A DNA stretch of 64,000 bases, from NCBI GenBank assembly GCA_977020255.1, contig CDROCS010002866.1:124001-188000 (forward strand), given 5' to 3'. The stretch is from Obrimoposthia wandeli. Taxonomy: Eukaryota. Below, piece by piece: positions 1-10,986 of the stretch. The translations under genes and the position numbers were made by a program. Each line of letters starts with the position of its first letter. Within the stretch, counting starts at the first letter, position 1. The notes beneath the pieces were generated by a model, which worked only from the letters and a program-made list of their open reading frames with translations, was not told the DNA's origin and ran no database searches.

Positions 1-229
1 AAAAAGGTGATATAAAACGACCAAACCAATCAACCTGCGCGCTACTAAATACAAGTGGCGCGAATCTTCAGTCAATTAAACAGCTCTCGCAACAACCTTG
101 TGTGGATGAAGGTATTCTTGCAGATTTTAATATATTGATTTTTCGAGGATAAAAAATATTGACTCCCAGTAAAGAAGTGAAGAGCCTAAAGAGTTGTATC
201 ATTATTGTAATATAAAAAAGCAACACTTT

Positions 230-1033
230 TTAGTGAATAACGGGCTCTTGGCTTTCAGATCCCGGTAATATTAACTGTCCTTGAGAGTCAAAAGCAAGCG
301 CCCCTTTCTCAGTTGCTATATCAAGTAAATGATCAATAACCATCTGCGTAATATGACTACCGATAATAATGCCTGCCGGTGGATCGTTCTCAAAAACATC
401 ATCAATAATTAAATCATCAGCACGTAATGCCAATAGCAACGGATTCTCACTTACTAAAGGCGCAATCTCTTGGGGAGTAAATACACTGTGTCCTCCTGCG
501 ACTTGAATAGCAAGTGAATAAGCATCAAGTACTTGAGTATCTAATTGCTGCATATATTCGTCTTCTGCGCCTTTTAATAGCTGGCTTAAAGCGCTGATCT
601 CACGTTTAGATATGTTAGCGGTTGCTGTTTTCGAACAACTGTAATCAATGTCGCTAATTTTTATTGAGTCCATAGCTTCAATTTCAGCATTTTCTATTTG
701 CATTTCTCCATCACTGTTCACTTCAAGCCAACCATGCTGAACAGCAGAATCTAATAAAACTTCTATGGCAGCGTTATGGATATTTACGGCAATAATAACA
801 GCAGCACAAGGGTTATCCGCTTCTTCGGCACTTTTAATCAACCCTCCTGCTCTAGCCGCCAGCAATGTAGGATCTTGCGTGACTATATCGGCTAATTGAT
901 CAGTATTTATTTGTAACTGAGCCGCGCATAGCTTCTCTGCACTCAACAATGGCTGAGAGCCTGATTTATGCTGTAATATTTGCACATATTCCACTCGTAA
1001 ATTTTCCAGAATATCCGTCAAAATCTGACTCAT
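230..1033 (-). CDS. Hypothetical acidic protein with an internal tandem domain duplication
   Basis: 267-aa ORF. The halves align by eye: LADIVTQDPTLLAARAGGLI...IIAVNI...IEVLLDSAVQHGWLEVNSDG versus IAPLVSENPLLLALRADDLI...IIGSHI...IDHLLDIATEKGALAFDSQG. Confidence 0.7.
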   Translation of the reverse strand: MSQILTDILENLRVEYVQILQHKSGSQPLLSAEKLCAAQLQINTDQLADIVTQDPTLLAARAGGLIKSAEEADNPCAAVIIAVNIHNAAIEVLLDSAVQHGWLEVNSDGEMQIENAEIEAMDSIKISDIDYSCSKTATANISKREISALSQLLKGAEDEYMQQLDTQVLDAYSLAIQVAGGHSVFTPQEIAPLVSENPLLLALRADDLIIDDVFENDPPAGIIIGSHITQMVIDHLLDIATEKGALAFDSQGQLILPGSESQEPVIH

Positions 1034-1118
1034 ATAATCTTTTCCTTCACTTTTTGAGTGATTACAATAATTAACGACTTAATGGCAAAAATAATCACAT
1101 TATTACATTTGAATCTAA

Positions 1119-1757
1119 TCAATGAAAAGTAATACCTATCGGTGTTATAGCGCCCTTGAGTTGATCAAAGCACTCTCTTAATTCAGATAAAGGCCTGAGT
1201 GCATAATCGATTGGATCTTGCGGTAACTCTATCCAATCAAGTGCCCATATTTTAGTCATCAACTCATATTCCCCGATAAGGGCATCAAGAAATATCATGA
1301 CAGCTTCTATCCGCGGATCATCTTCTAATGCTTCTGGCACATAGGGCATATAAATAGTTAAATGTAATTTCTTATCGCTACTTTGCAACGCAAACCAATA
1401 ATCACTAATTTCACACATTTCACCTGCTACATTTATGCAATTAGGAATAGGGTCATAGCGGTGATTAAACGCTTTGAAAGTTATACCTTTAACATTGGGC
1501 GCAGCCCCAACTAAGGACAATACAGAATGAATAGATTCAGGATAACCGTCACAACCAAAAATCATTTCAATCGGCCCCTCTTCATCCGCCTCGAAATGAA
1601 AAGTTAGATTTTCATCTATAATTTGCAATCTATCTCTATAATCGCCTAATAGAAACTCTGCACCAAACTGATTATCATCACGACTATCAAGTACTTGCTC
1701 AATAGTCGTTTCCAGTTTTTGCCAGAACTCTTCTATTTCTTTTGCGTGATGTGGCAT
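1119..1757 (-). CDS. Conserved hypothetical protein resembling the N-terminal domain of DUF695-associated proteins
   Basis: 212-aa ORF with FWQ..., E-x-IFGCDG, LV.AAP and FLDALIGEY motifs. Family similarity is recalled, not searched. Confidence 0.55.
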   Translation of the reverse strand: MPHHAKEIEEFWQKLETTIEQVLDSRDDNQFGAEFLLGDYRDRLQIIDENLTFHFEADEEGPIEMIFGCDGYPESIHSVLSLVGAAPNVKGITFKAFNHRYDPIPNCINVAGEMCEISDYWFALQSSDKKLHLTIYMPYVPEALEDDPRIEAVMIFLDALIGEYELMTKIWALDWIELPQDPIDYALRPLSELRECFDQLKGAITPIGITFH

Positions 1758-1888
1758 CTATATCTTATCTCACTCTCTGATTTGCCATACTTAAAATTGA
1801 TTAAGCATCAATTAATTGCGTAGCAAAAACTCAATACACACCTTTATACGATCTATTTTCAACGCTCAAATCTCGATAACTATTAACA

Positions 1889-2455
1889 TTATGTGCGCGG
1901 TACTACTACGCCCGTTTGACCTTGGTATTTACCCGCTCTATCTGCATAGGAAGTTTCACATATTTCATCTGCACCTAGAAACAGCATTTGAGCGACACCT
2001 TCATTAGCATATATTTTGGCAGGCAAAGGAGTCGTATTAGAAAACTCTAAAGTTACGTGACCTTCCCACTCAGGCTCTAAAGGCGTGACATTTACAATAA
2101 TACCACAACGAGCATAGGTACTTTTTCCTAAACAAACCGTTAATACATCCCTTGGTATTTTAAAATATTCAACAGTGCGCGCCAATGCAAATGAGTTTGG
2201 CGGTATAATACAAACATCAGACTGCACATCGACAAAGCTTTTCGGATCAAAATTCTTTGGATCGACAATGGAAGAGTTAATATTAGTGAATATTTTAAAT
2301 TCATTAGCGCAGCGTACATCATAGCCATAGCTTGATGTTCCATATGAAATGATAGCTTCCCCATCTACATTTCTTATCTGCTTATCAGCAAATGGCGCAA
2401 TCATATCGTGTTGTTCCGCCATTTTGCGTATCCAGCGATCAGCTTTTATTCCCAT
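1889..2455 (-). CDS. dcd: dCTP deaminase
   Basis: Motifs [20 protein letters not shown] and TPLEPEWEG. The start [10 protein letters not shown] at 2455 gives the typical 188 aa. Confidence 0.97.
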   Translation of the reverse strand: MGIKADRWIRKMAEQHDMIAPFADKQIRNVDGEAIISYGTSSYGYDVRCANEFKIFTNINSSIVDPKNFDPKSFVDVQSDVCIIPPNSFALARTVEYFKIPRDVLTVCLGKSTYARCGIIVNVTPLEPEWEGHVTLEFSNTTPLPAKIYANEGVAQMLFLGADEICETSYADRAGKYQGQTGVVVPRT

Positions 2456-2550
2456 CTTTGTGTCCTTCAAAATACCAAAATGCGATTATTATATCGATAT
2501 CAGTTAGAAAATGATTGCTTATTAAACATAATCTTTTAATAAACCAAGGG

Positions 2551-3636
2551 TTAATCTTCAACAATGGATATCGAAGGTCCTTTGTTTTGTTGCAAGTTTA
2601 GTGTGTGTAATCTGGCAGCCGTTTTTCTGGCTATATCTCTATAAATTAAAGCAATATCTCCTTCAGGCTCCGCGCTTACTGAAGGCATTCCCGAGTCAAC
2701 TTGCGTTCTAATTTTCATATTTAAAGGCAAAGCTCCCAATAGCTCACTTTGGTATTCAGCGGCAATTCTTTCACCGCCACCTGCACCAAAAATATGCTCG
2801 TGATGGCCGCAGTTAGAACAGATATGCACACTCATATTTTCCAAAACGCCTAGCACCGGAATATCAACTTTTCTAAACATTTCAATGCCGCGCTTTGCAT
2901 CCAATAAAGCTATATCTTGCGGTGTAGTAACCACTATTGCTGCCGTCATCGGCACTTTCTGAGAGAGCGTTAATTGGATATCTCCAGTGCCCGGTGGCAT
3001 ATCTATGATTAGATAATCCAATTCACCCCACTGAGTTTGATTTATTAATTGAGATATAGCACCACTGGCCATTGGCCCGCGCCAAACCATAGGCGTTGTT
3101 TCATCAATCATGTAAGCGATTGACATCGACACCACACCGAGTGATTCTATAGGCAGCATATTATCATCACCTAACGGCTGTGGATGCGTACCAGGCTTAA
3201 TACCTAGCATCATGCCTTGGCTTGGCCCGTATATATCAGCGTCTAATATACCTACTTTAGCCCCTTCTGCTGCTAGCGCTAACGCTAGGTTGACTGACGT
3301 TGTCGATTTACCAACGCCCCCCTTACCAGAAGACACCGCGAGTATATTTTTAATCGCAGACAAACTCGCTACTTGGCTTTTTTGTACTGCTGGCTGAACC
3401 ACGAAATCTTGGGTTAGATTTATTTCACTAACACCAACACTTTTAAGTAAATCTATTAAGTCAGTTTTAACTTGTTGCTGATGCCCTCGATTTGGATAAG
3501 GATAAATCAAATGCAAGTGTAAACAATCATTGACTAATTCAATAGAACTTACGATATCCGCACTAAATAAATCGATCTCAAGATAGGGATCTATGTACTG
3601 GCTAAGTGCTTCTTTTATTGCTGATAAATTACTCAT
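2551..3636 (-). CDS. apbC: Mrp/ApbC iron-sulfur cluster carrier ATPase
   Basis: SGKGGVGKST deviant Walker A, DADIYGPS, DMPPGTGD and CSNC motifs. Confidence 0.96.
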   Translation of the reverse strand: MSNLSAIKEALSQYIDPYLEIDLFSADIVSSIELVNDCLHLHLIYPYPNRGHQQQVKTDLIDLLKSVGVSEINLTQDFVVQPAVQKSQVASLSAIKNILAVSSGKGGVGKSTTSVNLALALAAEGAKVGILDADIYGPSQGMMLGIKPGTHPQPLGDDNMLPIESLGVVSMSIAYMIDETTPMVWRGPMASGAISQLINQTQWGELDYLIIDMPPGTGDIQLTLSQKVPMTAAIVVTTPQDIALLDAKRGIEMFRKVDIPVLGVLENMSVHICSNCGHHEHIFGAGGGERIAAEYQSELLGALPLNMKIRTQVDSGMPSVSAEPEGDIALIYRDIARKTAARLHTLNLQQNKGPSISIVED

Positions 3637-3678
3637 GGTAATACCTTAAAACTGATTAATAGGCAAAATCGTCAGTGA

Positions 3679-4797
3679 CTATTTACGGGTTAGAAACATC
3701 CCTACTTCTAAATGATCTGTATAGGGAAATTGATCAAAAATAGCAAAACGTGTCACTTTGTGAGTTTCACTAAGTGTTAATAAATTCAATTGCAAAGTGG
3801 CTGGATTACAGGATACATAAATAATATTTTTATAACTCGCCACTTGCTTAATCGTTTCACTGTCTAATCCCGAACGCGGAGGGTCAACTAAAACAGTATC
3901 GAAATTATAGCTATTGAGTTCAATATTCTTTTCTTTTATGCGCCTAAACTCACGTGTACCTTGCAATGCTTGTGAGAATTCCTCACTGGACATGCGCAAA
4001 ATCGTGAGGTTTTCGATATTATTTGCTTTGATATTGTATTGAGCAGAGTTTACCGAACTTTTTGAAATTTCAGTGGCAACTACCGCATTAAAATTTCGTG
4101 CCATAGGGATACTAAAATTACCATTTCCACAGTAAAGCTCTACTAAATCGCCCTGTTGATTATTAGTGGTATCAAGCGCCCAGTGCAACATATGACGACA
4201 AACTTGTGCATTTGGCTGGGTAAAGCTATTTTCAACCTGTTGATATATAACTTCAGAGCCTGCTACCTGCATTTTCTCAATAACATAATCACGACCTAAT
4301 GCAATTTTGGTTTTTCTAGCACGTCCTATCAACTCAACTTTTTGCCCTGCACTTGATACTTTACGTAAATCATCTTGCAACTGTATTGCTACACTTTCCC
4401 ATTCATCGCCTATTGCTTTATGGTACAGCAAACTGATCAGTAGCTCGCCACTTAGCGTACTGAGAAAATCAACTTGAAACAGTTTTTCACGCAATATCTT
4501 GTGTGTTCTAATAAGAGCAAGTAATTCAAACATATGCTGCTGAATAATTTCACTTGCCATCGGGCATTCGGTTACTTTGGTGTGTTCGTGATTGCTCCCT
4601 GGGGTAAACATGACATAATCGATAGCATCCCCGTCATGCCACACTCTAAATTCGGCGCGCATACGATAGGCAGTTACAGGGGATTCAAACACCTCAACTT
4701 CTGGTAAATCAAATTTAGAAAATTGCTCACAAATATCATCTTGCTTGAACTGAAGTAATGATGCGTAGCGACTTGGATCTATTATGGGTTGTGACAT
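3679..4797 (-). CDS. trmA: tRNA (uridine(54)-C5)-methyltransferase
   Basis: YRMRAEFRVWH, QVENSFTQPN, ELYCGNGNFS, VDPPRSG and YVSCNP motifs. Confidence 0.96.
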   Translation of the reverse strand: MSQPIIDPSRYASLLQFKQDDICEQFSKFDLPEVEVFESPVTAYRMRAEFRVWHDGDAIDYVMFTPGSNHEHTKVTECPMASEIIQQHMFELLALIRTHKILREKLFQVDFLSTLSGELLISLLYHKAIGDEWESVAIQLQDDLRKVSSAGQKVELIGRARKTKIALGRDYVIEKMQVAGSEVIYQQVENSFTQPNAQVCRHMLHWALDTTNNQQGDLVELYCGNGNFSIPMARNFNAVVATEISKSSVNSAQYNIKANNIENLTILRMSSEEFSQALQGTREFRRIKEKNIELNSYNFDTVLVDPPRSGLDSETIKQVASYKNIIYVSCNPATLQLNLLTLSETHKVTRFAIFDQFPYTDHLEVGMFLTRK

Positions 4798-5007
4798 TCA
4801 AACCTCAGGAGAGCTTAATTAACAGGGTTTATGGGTGTGATTAACCAGTTTTCAAGCGTTATTATTACGATTAGTGACACAAAGAAAGCAGCTTCTATTA
4901 GCTTGTAAATTTACACGGCGCATTGCGCCTTGCTTAAAGCTAAAAAAATGTATCTTTTGATTATTACACAACTACACGCCCAGTAACTTAAGCTTGCGAA
5001 TATTCGC

Positions 5008-5050
5008 CTATTACTTAAACTTAGACTAACTAATCTAAGTTCAAGTAATA
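5008..5050. terminator. Imperfect inverted repeat downstream of the HopJ-family gene
   Basis: Arms tattactt-a-aacttaga and tctaagtt-c-aagtaata. Confidence 0.4.
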
Positions 5051-5073
5051 AATGGATTACCTTTTAAATCACT

Positions 5074-5427
5074 TTATTTTAACTGCAAAGCTTCTCTAGA
5101 AAACTTAATGCCATCCCAACCACTTTGAATAAAAGCACGTATGTTTTTATGATCTTTACTATCAGGCGTATCCATTACATCCTTGTAAAACCGACCAAAG
5201 CACCTCAAGGTATGCTCTTCGTCTAATCTATGTAAATAGGCAAAGCTAAATATTTTTAATGACCCCTCGTTTTGTCCTACTGCATTTTTTAACATTTTCT
5301 CTCCACTGCCATTCCTAAAAGAGCAAGGAGTAAAAGAATAATGTTCACTTATCACTGCCATTGTGTCTTCAAAATCTACCTTTCCTTCCTTTAAGGCATT
5401 TAGATATTGCACTACGCTTATTGACAT
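5074..5427 (-). CDS. HopJ-family protein
   Basis: FEDTMAVI..HY.FTP..F.NG, N..GQNEGS.KIFSFA, CFGRFY and DH.NIR.F...GW.GI.F pattern. Confidence 0.85.
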   Translation of the reverse strand: MSISVVQYLNALKEGKVDFEDTMAVISEHYSFTPCSFRNGSGEKMLKNAVGQNEGSLKIFSFAYLHRLDEEHTLRCFGRFYKDVMDTPDSKDHKNIRAFIQSGWDGIKFSREALQLK

Positions 5428-5624
5428 TTTTTCATCTCAAATTTCATTTGTGAGTATGTGCTGAAATTTCAGCGACAGATATAGTACACTATTGCAAAAA
5501 ATTTAAAACCAAGTTATATCTGATGTTGTTTTAAAAAAATTAATTTTTCTATAAATTTAGTTCATTAACTGACACTTTCACCGTAAACTACCCTTTTTGT
5601 GTTACAACTTTTAAGTCGAGTATT

Positions 5625-7667
5625 ATGTCAAATAACAATCGTAAAATTTTAGTGACAAGCGCCCTACCTTATGCCAATGGAGCTATCCACTTAGGCCATT
5701 TACTTGAATACATCCAAACCGACATTTGGGTACGTTTTCAGAAACAGCGTGGCCATGTCTGTACTTATGTGTGTGCAGATGACACCCACGGTACCCCCAT
5801 CATGCTTAAAGCGGATCAGCTGGGTATATCACCACAACAACTTATTGACCAAACAAGTGAAGAGCATCAACGGGATTTTAAAGCTTTTTTAATAGGTTTT
5901 GATAACTTCTACTCGACTCATTCACAAGAAAATCGCGATTTTTCAGCAATGATCTATACTAAACTACGCGATAGTGGCCATATTCTTAAAAAAAGCATTA
6001 CCCAAGCTTACGACCCGGAAAAGGAGATGTTCCTTCCGGATCGTTTTGTTAAAGGGGATTGCCCAAAGTGTGAGGCAAAAGACCAATACGGTGACAATTG
6101 CGAAAGCTGTGGCGCAACCTATAGCCCTATAGAACTGAAAAATGCTTATTCTGCTATTTCAGGGGCAAAACCAGTTGAAAAAGAATCTGAGCACTATTTC
6201 TTTAAACTTGGCGATTTCGAAGACTTTCTTAAAGATTGGGTTGATAATCACGTACAAGAGCAAATGAAGAACAAGCTCAATGAGTGGTTTGAAGCAGGGT
6301 TACAAAATTGGGATATTTCTAGGGATGCGCCTTACTGGGGATTTGAAATTCCAGATGCACCAGGTAAATATTTCTACGTATGGCTAGATGCACCTGTTGG
6401 CTACATGGCCAGCTTTAAAAATTGGTGCGATAAAAATGATACCGATTTCGATGAGTATTGGAATAAAGATTCTAAAACTGAACTCTATCACTTTATCGGT
6501 AAAGATATAGCTTATTTCCACTCACTTTTCTGGCCTGCTATGCTTGAAGGTGCTGGATTGCGCAAGCCTAGCGGAGTTTTTTGCCACGGTTTTGTAACCG
6601 TTGAAGGTAAAAAAATGTCGAAATCACGCGGCACTTTCATCATGGCACAAACCTATTTGAATCATCTTCGCCCTGAGTATTTGCGTTATTACTTCGCCGC
6701 TAAACTTGGTTCAGGCATCGAAGATATTGATTTAAATTTAGAAGACTTCCGTTTACGAGTTAATGCAGACCTAGTTAACAAGGTCATTAATATTGCCTCT
6801 CGTTGTGCTGGTTTCATCTATAAAAAGTTTGATGGAAAACTTTCTGCACAATTATCCGAACCAACGTTATTTGAACAAGCAGTCGCTAAAAGAACTGAAA
6901 TCGCTGAGTTTTATGAAACACGTGAATACTCAAAAGCAATGCGTGAAATCATGCACATTGCCGATCAAGCCAATCAATATATTGACGCTGCTGAACCATG
7001 GGTACTGGCAAAACAAGAAGGCAGCGAACAAGCAGTCCAAGATTGCTGTTCTATGGGCATTAACCTATTTAGAGTAATTTGCTCATACTTGGCGCCTGTA
7101 CTACCGGAAGTTGCAAGAGATGCACTTGCGTTTTTAAACTTGGAAAACTTCGATTGGGATAACGTTCAACAGCCATTATTAGACCATAAAATCAATAAGT
7201 TCAAACCTTTAATGCAACGCGTCGACGAAGATAAAGTCAACTCCATCATAGAGGAAACCAAGAAGAATTTAGCAGCACTGGCTATCGCAACTGCCCCTGC
7301 ACCTGAAAACAAAAGCCAGCTGCAATTGGAACCGATTGCACAGACGATTGAATTTGCTGATTTCGCTAAAGTGGATTTACGAGTCGTGGAAATCGTTAAT
7401 GCGGAACAGGTAAAAAGTGCTAATAAACTATTACGTTTGACACTCAGCTTAGGTGATGAAAGCAGAAATGTATTTGCCGGCATCAAATCTGCTTATGCCC
7501 CGGAGGATTTAATAGGTAAGCATACTATTATGGTGGCTAATTTAGCCACGAGAACCATGAAATTTGGTGATTCTGAAGGCATGGTATTAGCAGCTGGACC
7601 TGGCGGAAAAGATATTTGGATTTTAGAGCCTCACAGTGGTGCTAAACCAGGTATGCGAGTTAAATAA
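5625..7667 (+). CDS. metG: Methionine--tRNA ligase with C-terminal tRNA-binding domain
   Basis: [13 protein letters not shown] (HIGH), KMSKS, zinc-knuckle CPKC...CESC and C-terminal [11 protein letters not shown] domain. Confidence 0.98.
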   Translation: MSNNNRKILVTSALPYANGAIHLGHLLEYIQTDIWVRFQKQRGHVCTYVCADDTHGTPIMLKADQLGISPQQLIDQTSEEHQRDFKAFLIGFDNFYSTHSQENRDFSAMIYTKLRDSGHILKKSITQAYDPEKEMFLPDRFVKGDCPKCEAKDQYGDNCESCGATYSPIELKNAYSAISGAKPVEKESEHYFFKLGDFEDFLKDWVDNHVQEQMKNKLNEWFEAGLQNWDISRDAPYWGFEIPDAPGKYFYVWLDAPVGYMASFKNWCDKNDTDFDEYWNKDSKTELYHFIGKDIAYFHSLFWPAMLEGAGLRKPSGVFCHGFVTVEGKKMSKSRGTFIMAQTYLNHLRPEYLRYYFAAKLGSGIEDIDLNLEDFRLRVNADLVNKVINIASRCAGFIYKKFDGKLSAQLSEPTLFEQAVAKRTEIAEFYETREYSKAMREIMHIADQANQYIDAAEPWVLAKQEGSEQAVQDCCSMGINLFRVICSYLAPVLPEVARDALAFLNLENFDWDNVQQPLLDHKINKFKPLMQRVDEDKVNSIIEETKKNLAALAIATAPAPENKSQLQLEPIAQTIEFADFAKVDLRVVEIVNAEQVKSANKLLRLTLSLGDESRNVFAGIKSAYAPEDLIGKHTIMVANLATRTMKFGDSEGMVLAAGPGGKDIWILEPHSGAKPGMRVK

Positions 7668-7677
7668 GTTACTTTGT

Positions 7678-7704
7678 AAAAAGGTGCATATTTGCACCTT
7701 TTTT
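7678..7704 (+). terminator. Rho-independent terminator of metG
   Basis: aaaaaggtgca-tat-ttgcacc-tttttt directly after the stop codon. Confidence 0.85.
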
Positions 7705-7827
7705 CATGAATAACTAGTTCTTATTCAACTGCATAATTTATTATATATCACAAATAGCAGCTCATTTATTAGGCTGAAAATCAATATTTATACAAGTAAA
7801 CCTCCCATTTTCAACTGACTAACACAT

Positions 7828-9708
7828 ATGCCAACTCAACCTCAATTTTCAATTATCTCACCATACTTTAAAAACCTTTTGTGGTTGTTACTGCTTTGCT
7901 CAGGGCTAAGGTTAGCTTTTTATACGCTAAATATAAATGCCTTCCAAGCGATAGATAATATCGATATCGGAGCAGCATTTTTGCACGGAGTACGCTTCGA
8001 TTTAGCAACAGTTAGTATTTGTTTAGCGCCTTGGCTAATATTGGCCCTGCCTTTATATGTTTTTCAGCGCCAGAGTAGTTTTGTTTTACTAACAAAAATA
8101 TATTGGCCACTAGTACCGCTGCTTTTAATAACGAGCAATGTGGCAGATAGCTTGTACTTTCCATTCACAGGTCGCAGATCAGGCCCTGAAGTCTTTACTT
8201 TTACAGCTGATTTAGTAGATCAAGCCAGCCAATTATTTGCTCAGTATTGGTTGTTTGTACTATTTGCAGGTTTATTCGCTATGCTGTTTATAGCCGTTAG
8301 TAGTCGTATTATCACAACTACCCATCTAAAAGCTCGCCCTTGGTATACCCGTACAGTTATCGCTATTTGCCTCTTTATGTTCGCTGCAATCTCAATACGC
8401 AGCACTATTGAGTCAAAACCATTGAGTCCTTCACACGCCTTTAATTGGCCAATGTCGAGCACTGGGCATTTAGTACTAAATTCAACCTTTACACTATTAA
8501 GGCAAAATGCTGAGCAGTTAAAAAAGATCAATTTCTACTCTACAGATAGACAGGCAAGAGCACTAAATCAGCAAGTTCACAGCCCTTGGCCGACACCTGC
8601 CAAACAAGATAATATTGTGATAATCGTTTTGGAAAGCTTTGCCAGCGAATACTTGACTAAAGTTGACGGCTCCATAGGCTACGCTCCTTTTCTACATTCC
8701 TTAAGCCAGCAAAGTTTAACGTTCGAACAAGCCTATGCAAATGGAAGACGCTCGATAGATGCTCTACCCTCAATACTTGCTGCATTGCCCCCACTAATGC
8801 AAAAACCTTTTATTACTTCAAGCTATTTAGGTAATAAAGTCCTTGGTCTAGCCTCTTTATTAGCTGATGAAAAATACCAAACACACTTTTTTCATGCCGC
8901 GAAAAACGGCAGTATGTATATAAACACTATGAGTAAGAGGTTTGGGTTTAAAGGTTTTACTGGCTTAAACGAACACCCTAATCTAGATGATTTCGATGGT
9001 AAATGGGGAGTTTTTGACGAACCATTTTTTCAGCATATGGCACAAAGTTTGAATAAAACACCACAACCATTTATTGCAGGCATGTTTAGTTTAAGCTCCC
9101 ATAATCCCTACACTTTGCCTAGTAAATATGAAAATAGCTTTCCCCAAGGTTCTTTAGCGATCCATGCTAGTATTGGCTACACTGATATGGCCTTAAAGAA
9201 ATTTTTTGATACTGCTAAAACCATGCCTTGGTATGAAAAGACACTATTCATTATCACAGCAGATCATACCTCCATTAGCGACAACAATGCCTATCAAACC
9301 ACGACAGGCCGTCACCGCGTTCCTTTGATACTTTTTAGCCCAACTGGTAAGCTCCCATCAAAAACAAGCGTAAAGGTGGCTCAGCATACTGACATTCCCA
9401 GTACTGTACTCGACTATTTAGGTCTTTCTAGCAAGTATCAAAATCAACTTCTACCTTTTGGTAATAGTTTGCTTAGCAGTAAAGAAGGCGAGGCATTTTT
9501 TACAGAATCCGGGCAATATGTTTTGGTCAATAACAATGCAACACTAATAGCCAGTCAAAACTTAGAGCAGCTACAATTCATATCAAAAAACAAAATCATT
9601 GATAGCGCACAACTTAAACAAACAATGCTGTCTAAATTAAAAGCTAAAGTTCAGATCTTTAATAATGGCATGCTAAATAATGACTTTGTGTCCAGCTTAA
9701 AAGAATAA
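7828..9708 (+). CDS. LTA synthase family (sulfatase-like) membrane protein
   Basis: N-terminal TM helices with GVRFDL, then NIVIIVLESF, ANGRRS, SSHNPY and IITADH. Confidence 0.88.
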   Translation: MPTQPQFSIISPYFKNLLWLLLLCSGLRLAFYTLNINAFQAIDNIDIGAAFLHGVRFDLATVSICLAPWLILALPLYVFQRQSSFVLLTKIYWPLVPLLLITSNVADSLYFPFTGRRSGPEVFTFTADLVDQASQLFAQYWLFVLFAGLFAMLFIAVSSRIITTTHLKARPWYTRTVIAICLFMFAAISIRSTIESKPLSPSHAFNWPMSSTGHLVLNSTFTLLRQNAEQLKKINFYSTDRQARALNQQVHSPWPTPAKQDNIVIIVLESFASEYLTKVDGSIGYAPFLHSLSQQSLTFEQAYANGRRSIDALPSILAALPPLMQKPFITSSYLGNKVLGLASLLADEKYQTHFFHAAKNGSMYINTMSKRFGFKGFTGLNEHPNLDDFDGKWGVFDEPFFQHMAQSLNKTPQPFIAGMFSLSSHNPYTLPSKYENSFPQGSLAIHASIGYTDMALKKFFDTAKTMPWYEKTLFIITADHTSISDNNAYQTTTGRHRVPLILFSPTGKLPSKTSVKVAQHTDIPSTVLDYLGLSSKYQNQLLPFGNSLLSSKEGEAFFTESGQYVLVNNNATLIASQNLEQLQFISKNKIIDSAQLKQTMLSKLKAKVQIFNNGMLNNDFVSSLKE

Positions 9709-9888
9709 TGGACCTATATTAGATGCAGGTTAGAATTGACACTTTTGAAGAAATTGAACAAACACTAATCTAAGAGCATGGATATGCATTGAAGAGGTAA
9801 TACTAATTAAATGTGCAAGAGTTTTTAACTAAAAGTTATTTACACTAGGTATCAGCTTACAAAACCAATACCTAGATTTCAAAAACAG

Positions 9889-10704
9889 CTAATCTTGGAA
9901 TATTTTAACCAAGATTGATTTAATATTGGTGGTATCAAACGGTTTATCTAAAATTGCGTTTACGCCCGCTTCACGTACTTTTTCTAGATGGCTATCTTTT
10001 GCCTCAGAAGTCACCATCACTATCGGAACATGCGAATGCTGCGCCGACTGGCGTAAATAGGCAGTTAACTCGAGACCGTTCACCTGTGGCATATTATAAT
10101 CTGTGACAAGTAAATCTATCTCGTTGTCTTCAAGGTAGTCTATTGCAAACTTACCATCTGCAAATTCAGTTATATTATTCAATCCTAAATTATTTAATAC
10201 TCTGGCAATTGCACGGCGCGCCAACTTACTATCATCCACTAACGCAACACGTAAAGTATTTACATCATAGTTTTCAAGATATAATTCTTCACTGTTGAGA
10301 AAGGACATGGCCGATCGCAACGCTTTTTGCAAACCGCTCTGTGCAAAAGGTTTGTTTAGGATCGCCAAAATCCCCGATTGTTTAAAAACTTCTAAATGGT
10401 CTCTGCGCTGCTCACTTGATATCAACACGAATGGTAATCCAGCATACTTTTCATGTTTGCGCAGCAAATGTAATAATTCAATGGCCGTACCATCTTTGTA
10501 ATGCAGGTTGGAGATAATTAAATCTGGCGGATATTTTATTATTTTAGCTAATGCTTCTAATTTACCTTCAACAAATTCAACTTGTGTAACTTTTTCTTGG
10601 TTTAGTTTTTTTATAATAACATTCTGCTGCATTTTCGAAGGTTCTATAAGCAGCACACTGAGTTCAGAGGGATTCAATTCTTCCATTAGTTTTCCTAGCA
10701 TCAC
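9889..10704 (-). CDS. Tandem receiver-domain response regulator without output domain
   Basis: Two REC folds, each ending in KPF. The second is canonical (VDDS, TDYNMPQVNG, VTSE). The true start may be M at 10686. Confidence 0.88.
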   Translation of the reverse strand: MMLGKLMEELNPSELSVLLIEPSKMQQNVIIKKLNQEKVTQVEFVEGKLEALAKIIKYPPDLIISNLHYKDGTAIELLHLLRKHEKYAGLPFVLISSEQRRDHLEVFKQSGILAILNKPFAQSGLQKALRSAMSFLNSEELYLENYDVNTLRVALVDDSKLARRAIARVLNNLGLNNITEFADGKFAIDYLEDNEIDLLVTDYNMPQVNGLELTAYLRQSAQHSHVPIVMVTSEAKDSHLEKVREAGVNAILDKPFDTTNIKSILVKIFQD

Positions 10705-10986
10705 AAAAAATTTTTAACTCTCATACTATTTATAGTCAATTTAACACAAAGCACGCATACTGATCTGCAAACAATAGAAACCACCAGATCAAAGTCACTT
10801 AATAATCAAACTGCATTAACTTTCTAACTATAAATGTATTGCCGCAGTAATCTCACATTTAATTAGCTTTGTCGATTACATTGAGTATGGTATAGAGCCC
10901 TTTACAAAACAATAATATATTCGATTATTTTTCATGTTAATGATTGCTAGAGATAAATGCTGAGTGTAAATTAGCGTGTTTTTAAC

